From Pseudomonas aeruginosa (GTDB lineage Bacteria > Pseudomonadota > Gammaproteobacteria > Pseudomonadales > Pseudomonadaceae): DNA of 32,000 bases. Shown in pieces: positions 28,201 through 32,000 of this stretch (position 1 is its first letter; every line of letters starts with the position of its first letter). Both the position numbers and the translations under genes were made by a program. The stretch covers positions 420,001-452,000 of the forward strand of contig NZ_LN831024.1 of NCBI RefSeq assembly GCF_001457615.1. The letters are read 5' to 3'. The notes below the pieces were generated by a model. That model had not been told where the DNA came from and made no database searches. It was given only the letters and a program-made list of their open reading frames with translations.

Positions 28201-31200
28201 CAATGCCCAGCGCCAGCGCGACGATGTCGACCTGCTGGCGGCCACCGCGCATGCCCTGGCCAAGGGCGAGCCGCTGCCGGAACCGCCGGCGCCGGACGAC
28301 GGCGGAGTACCGCCGGAAGCCGGGGCGGAGCAGCCGTCGAGCCTGGACAACGGCGTCCAGGCGCCGCCATTGGCCGACGCGCCGCAGGCCGCTGCCGAGG
28401 CGCAGAGCGACGTCGAACTGCTCGATCCGCAACTGCTGGAGATCTTCACCAACGAGGCGGAAACCCATCTCGAGGCCCTGGTCGGCTTCCTCGCCGACTG
28501 CGCCCGCGAACTGCCGCAGCCGGTCACCGATGCCTTGCAGCGTGCCCTGCATACCCTCAAGGGCAGCGCACACATGGCCGGCATCCTGCCGATCGCGGAG
28601 ATCGCCACGCCGCTGGAAAAACTGGTCAAGGAATACAAGTCCAACCTGCTCGCCTTCGACCTGCGCGAAGCGGAGTTGCTGCACGACGCCGAGCAACTGT
28701 TCCGCATCGGCCTGGAGCAGGTCGGCGCGCAACGGCCATTGAACCCGATCCCCGGCAGCGACGCGTTGCTGGAGCGTATCGAGGCACTGCATCAGGAACG
28801 CATCGCCTCGCTCGAGGCCGAGCGCTACAGCGATGCCGGCGAGCGCCGCGATCCGTTGCTGATCGAGGCGTTCCTCGTCGAAGGCATGGACATCCTGCTG
28901 GACGCCGAGGACCTGCTCGAGCGCTGGCACGAGCATCCGCAGGAGCGCCAGGAACTGAGTGCGCTGCGCGAGGAGCTCAGCACTCTGGACCGGGGCGCCC
29001 GGCATGCCGAGCTGCCACAGGTGGAAGAACTCTGCCAGGCCTTGCTGGCGCTCTACGATGCCGTCGAGGAAGGCCGCCTGGCGGTCAGCCCGGCGTTCTT
29101 CGAGGAAGCCCGCCAGGCCCACGAGGCGCTGATCGGGATGATGGACCAGGTCGCCGCCGGCCTGCAGGTCACGCCGCGTCCGGAGCGGGTCGCGGCCCTG
29201 CAGGAGCTGTTGGAAGCGCCCGCCGCCGAGGCCGTTCCGTTCATCGACCCGGAGAGCCTCGGCGCCGACGATTTCCCCCCGGAAGACGAAGAACCGGCCC
29301 TCCCCGAGGCGGTCTTCGAAGAGGCCGGGACGCCTGCCGAGGAGACCGTACCGGCAGCGCCTGCACCGGCTCCCGGCCGCGAGCTGGACGAGGAAATGGT
29401 GTCGATCTTCCTCGAAGAGGCGGTGGACATCCTCGAAAGCGCCGGCCAGGCACTGGCCCAATGGCAGGCCGAGCCGGGCGCGCTGTCTTCGCTCAGCGCC
29501 CTGCAGCGCGACCTGCATACCCTCAAGGGCGGCGCACGGATGGCCGAGATCGCCGAGATCGGCGACCTGGCCCACGAGCTGGAGGCCCTCTACGAAGGAC
29601 TGGTCGACCGCCGTTACCAGCACTCCCCGCAACTGGCCGGATTGCTGCAAGCCTGTCACGACCGCCTGGCCGAACAGCTCGACCAGTTGAGCGCCGGCCA
29701 GCCCCTGGCCGACCCGCACGACCTTATCCAGTCGATCCGCCGGTTCCGCCAGGGCCCGGTGGCCGAGGCCGCGACACCGGGCGAGGCGGAAAGCCCTGTC
29801 GAGGAACTCGTTGCACCTGCCGTCGAGGAGCCCGCCGCGCCCGCTGCGGAGGCGTTCGAAGAGCGCGATCCCGAACTGGTGGAGATCTTCCTCGAGGAAG
29901 GCTTCGATATCCTCGACAGCGCTGCCGCCGCGTTGCAGCGCTGGATGGACGACGTCGACAACACCATCGAACTGGAAGCCTTGCAGCGCGACCTGCATAC
30001 CCTCAAGGGCGGTGCGCGGATGGCCGAGATCGGCGAGATCGGCGACCTCGCCCATGAGCTTGAATTCCTCTACGAAGGCCTCTGCGGTGGACGCCTGCGC
30101 GCCAGCCCGGCCTTGTTCGGCCTGCTGCAGCGCTGCCACGACGAGCTGGCCGAGATGCTCGAGGCGGTGCGTGGCCACCGCACGCTGCCCGACGGGCAGG
30201 CGCTGATCGCGGAGATCAGGCGCCTGCGCAGCGATCCCGACGAGCAACTGAGCGTACCCACCAGCGTCAGCCTCAAGCCGCTGGCGGCGAAGGGCGCGGC
30301 GGCCGACGAGAGCGAGATCCTCGACATCTTCCTCGAGGAAGCCGACGACCTGCTGGAGAACCTCGAACTGGCGCTCGGCCGCTGGGACGGCGGCAACGGC
30401 GACGCCCAGCCGCTGGACGACCTGCTGCGGATCCTGCACACCCTCAAGGGCGGTGCGCGCCTGGCCGGACAGACCGAGCTGGGCAACCTGGCCCACGACC
30501 TCGAGCAGCATCTCACCGATGCGCAGCAACAGGGCGCGCCGTGGCCGGACAGCCTGCTGCTGGATGCGCAGTCGGGGCTGGAAGGCCTGCAGCGGCAGGT
30601 CGACCTGTTGCGCGAGCGGCTGGCCGAGGACGACGAGGCCGGTGAGCGGCCCGAGCCCGCCCAGGCGCTGGTCCAGGCCGACGATACCGACCGCGCGGTG
30701 GCCTCCGCGCTGGCCGAGCTGACCCGCCTGGCCCCGGCGGCCGGCGCGATCATGGCGGCCGAGGCGGCGCCTCCGGCCGCCCCGGCCACCACCCTGCCGT
30801 TCGTGCGCAAGGCCCAGGAGGCGGCCCAGGAGGCCGCTTCCCGACGTGCCCCGCAGGAGCTGGTGAAGGTGCCGGCGGAACTGCTGGAGAACCTGGTCAA
30901 CCTGGCGGGCGAGACCTCGATCTTCCGCGGCCGGGTCGAGCAGCAGGTGAGCGACGTCGGCTTCACCCTCGGCGAGATGGAGTCCACCATCGAGCGGGTG
31001 CGCGACCAGTTGCGCCGCCTCGACACCGAGACCCAGGCGCAGATCCTCTCGCGTCACCAGGCCGATGCCGAACGCGCCGGCTACGAAGAGTTCGACCCGC
31101 TGGAAATGGACCGCTATTCGCAGTTGCAGCAGCTCTCGCGCGCACTCTTCGAATCGGCCTCCGACCTTCTCGACCTGAAGGAAACCCTGGCGGCGAAGAA

Positions 31201-32000
31201 CCGCGACGCGGAGACCCTGCTGCTGCAACAGGCGCGGGTCAACACCGAACTCCAGGAAGGCCTGATGCGCACCCGCATGGTGCCGTTCGATCGGCTGGTA
31301 CCGCGTTTGCGGCGGATCGTCCGGCAGGTGGCCGGCGAGCTTGGCAAGCAGGTCGAATTCGTGGTCGGCAACGCCGACGGCGAGATGGATCGTACCGTCC
31401 TCGAACGCATCGTCGCGCCGCTGGAGCACATGCTGCGCAACGCCGTGGACCACGGCATCGAGTCCGGCGAGACGCGCCGCGCGGCGGGCAAGCCGGAGCA
31501 CGGTACGATCCGCCTGAACATCGGCCGCGAGGGCGGCGACATCCTCCTCACCCTCTCCGACGACGGCGCCGGCATCCGCCTCGATGCGGTACGGCGCAAG
31601 GCCATCGAGCGTGGCCTGATGAGCGCCGACAGCGACCTCAGCGATCATGAAGTGCTGCAGTTCGTGCTCGAGTCCGGTTTCTCCACCGCCGAAAAGGTCA
31701 CCCAGATCTCCGGGCGCGGCGTCGGCCTCGACGTGGCCAACTCCGAGGTCAAGCAGCTCGGCGGCTCGGTGAGCATCCAGACCGAGCCGGGCCAGGGCAC
31801 CCGCTTCAACGTGCGGCTGCCGTTCACCGTGTCGGTGAACCGGGCGCTGATGGTGCTATCCGGCGAGGATCTCTACGCGGTGCCGCTGAACACCATCGAG
31901 GGCATCGTGCGGGTTTCGCCCTACGAACTGGAGGCGCTCTACGACCAGCGCGGCGAGGCGGGGCTGGATACGCCCAGCTTCGAATACGCCGGGCAGTCCT
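25283..32000 (+). CDS. chpA: ChpA, giant hybrid CheA-like histidine kinase with multiple Hpt/Tpt/Spt domains (3'-truncated by the window)
   Basis: Continuous frame from ATG 25283 (ATGA overlap with pilK; in-frame alternative ATG 25298), absent from the track apparently because no stop lies in the window. Multiple AFHTLKGSGRM-type Hpt motifs, then the CheA core (VPAELLENLVNLAGETSIFRGR, LRNAVDHGIE, DDGAGI, GRGVGLDVANSEVKQLGGSVSIQTEPGQGTRF) and the start of a CheW-like region. Confidence 0.97.
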   Translation, partial: MNGVAMGDRHDYVALEWVKGEIAETLKQARQALEAFVENPQDPTRMRFCLTYVHQVQGTLQMVEFYGAALLAEEMEQLVQALLDGRVPNQGEALEVLMQAILQLPVYLDRIQTARRDLPMVVLPLLNDLRAARGEKLLSETSLFAPDLSQRQPQLDGEAIAQLRTDELGGLLRKLRQTQQMALVGLLRNQDVATSLGYLARVYARLEGLCREAPLGPLWSIASGLVEGLANGSVVNSASVRTLLRQLDRELKRLVEQGADGLNQAAPDELVKNLLFYVAKAPSQSPRIRALKEQYRLDEALPDHETVDAERARLAGPDRDAMRSVVGALCEELVRIKDSLDLFVRSDRGHPSELDALLAPLKQIADTLAVLGFGQPRKVILDQLDVIHALAQGRREPSDAILMDVAGALLYVEATLAGMAGPGDERNSEESRLPTTDVAQIHQLVIKEARNGLEQAKDAIIEFIASQWNHEHLARVPELLTQVRGGLAMIPLERAATLLETCNRYIQEQLLARKAVPDWQSLDTLADAITSVEYYLERLSEDHASQSDLILDVAEDSLANLGYTLKPNSSAPAEPGLSGPAAIESPAAEPERPEAVVEVAETAEQPPADTAPAEAAREDAPQLASDDNWTLGEVAPDAGEPSLDLALDLPLDDSAEVPPALPEVVEESGQPQSTPAPARSLDDFSLDEIDLSGLDLPADAAPASGPAALADWSLPEQWGLGDDLAQPAQAGETLDLSLEEPALSFDAPLESLEPLPALEPFDGSAEQELVLDALDPLPLDVALPEAEGEVSAWEGSSLEELDLSDLDLPEVQLPEAEAEAEAPPAAEALASEAPALSLAEVMAAPVQPINPPAQNVPVSLLPPPADEEPVDEELREVFIEEAGEVLETIGRYLPAWKADHDDREALTEVRRAFHTLKGSGRMVRALVIGELAWSIENLFNRVLDRSIAASEPVQRVVDQVVALLPELVEEFAANAQRQRDDVDLLAATAHALAKGEPLPEPPAPDDGGVPPEAGAEQPSSLDNGVQAPPLADAPQAAAEAQSDVELLDPQLLEIFTNEAETHLEALVGFLADCARELPQPVTDALQRALHTLKGSAHMAGILPIAEIATPLEKLVKEYKSNLLAFDLREAELLHDAEQLFRIGLEQVGAQRPLNPIPGSDALLERIEALHQERIASLEAERYSDAGERRDPLLIEAFLVEGMDILLDAEDLLERWHEHPQERQELSALREELSTLDRGARHAELPQVEELCQALLALYDAVEEGRLAVSPAFFEEARQAHEALIGMMDQVAAGLQVTPRPERVAALQELLEAPAAEAVPFIDPESLGADDFPPEDEEPALPEAVFEEAGTPAEETVPAAPAPAPGRELDEEMVSIFLEEAVDILESAGQALAQWQAEPGALSSLSALQRDLHTLKGGARMAEIAEIGDLAHELEALYEGLVDRRYQHSPQLAGLLQACHDRLAEQLDQLSAGQPLADPHDLIQSIRRFRQGPVAEAATPGEAESPVEELVAPAVEEPAAPAAEAFEERDPELVEIFLEEGFDILDSAAAALQRWMDDVDNTIELEALQRDLHTLKGGARMAEIGEIGDLAHELEFLYEGLCGGRLRASPALFGLLQRCHDELAEMLEAVRGHRTLPDGQALIAEIRRLRSDPDEQLSVPTSVSLKPLAAKGAAADESEILDIFLEEADDLLENLELALGRWDGGNGDAQPLDDLLRILHTLKGGARLAGQTELGNLAHDLEQHLTDAQQQGAPWPDSLLLDAQSGLEGLQRQVDLLRERLAEDDEAGERPEPAQALVQADDTDRAVASALAELTRLAPAAGAIMAAEAAPPAAPATTLPFVRKAQEAAQEAASRRAPQELVKVPAELLENLVNLAGETSIFRGRVEQQVSDVGFTLGEMESTIERVRDQLRRLDTETQAQILSRHQADAERAGYEEFDPLEMDRYSQLQQLSRALFESASDLLDLKETLAAKNRDAETLLLQQARVNTELQEGLMRTRMVPFDRLVPRLRRIVRQVAGELGKQVEFVVGNADGEMDRTVLERIVAPLEHMLRNAVDHGIESGETRRAAGKPEHGTIRLNIGREGGDILLTLSDDGAGIRLDAVRRKAIERGLMSADSDLSDHEVLQFVLESGFSTAEKVTQISGRGVGLDVANSEVKQLGGSVSIQTEPGQGTRFNVRLPFTVSVNRALMVLSGEDLYAVPLNTIEGIVRVSPYELEALYDQRGEAGLDTPSFEYAGQS
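29501..29598 (+). repeat. Internal chpA repeat copy 1 (second copy at 29981-30078, same strand)
   Basis: By eye 88/98 nt match 29981-30078. Both encode LQRDLHTLKGGARMAEI(A/G)EIGDLAHELE.LYEG; exactly 480 nt (160 codons) apart. Confidence 0.85.

Noticed and set aside
25109-31648. 2179-aa minus-strand ORF
   Set aside because: Antisense shadow in codon register with chpA. The translation is low complexity (Q/G/R/L/A rich) with no domain, and is explained by avoidance of TTA/CTA/TCA codons. The sense frame carries strong Hpt/CheA motifs.
1-32000. Search for mobile elements, CRISPR arrays, toxin-antitoxin pairs, tRNA/rRNA or a novel defence cassette
   Set aside because: No integrase or transposase, no regularly spaced repeats, no tRNA-like sequence, and nearly every base is explained by recognisable core genes in a familiar order. 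The solitary dynamin-like GTPase is the only gene with even speculative relevance.

Overview
This 32 kb, GC-rich window looks like ordinary chromosomal core sequence of Pseudomonas aeruginosa or a very close relative. That assignment comes from recognising the proteins and gene order; no database was searched. From left to right it contains: (1) a minus-strand cluster yggS-proC-yggT-yggU-[dynamin-like GTPase]-metX-metW-DUF4426-rdgB; (2) the plus-strand twitching motility ATPases pilT and pilU; (3) a CDF-type cation efflux gene (-) and a TM2-domain gene (+); (4) a plus-strand transsulfuration pair (cystathionine beta-synthase-like with CBS domains, plus a gamma-lyase/synthase-like PLP enzyme); (5) a minus-strand group gshB, tonB3, algH(yqgE), ruvX(yqgF), pyrR, pyrB and a degenerate dihydroorotase (pyrC'/pyrX); (6) the plus-strand Chp chemosensory cluster pilG-pilH-pilI-pilJ-pilK-chpA, with chpA running off the right edge. 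I saw no mobile element, CRISPR array, RNA gene or convincing undescribed multi-gene system. The observations most worth a second look are: a dynamin-family GTPase with its own near-consensus sigma70-like promoter inside a housekeeping cluster; a probable CTG start for yggU that the supplied ORF track misses; 28-nt inverted terminator copies flanking the transsulfuration pair; a REP-like hairpin; the eight-site H/T/S phosphotransfer layout of ChpA with a recent-looking internal repeat; mutually exclusive hairpins between pilI and pilJ; and a PyrC-like protein missing its metal ligands.
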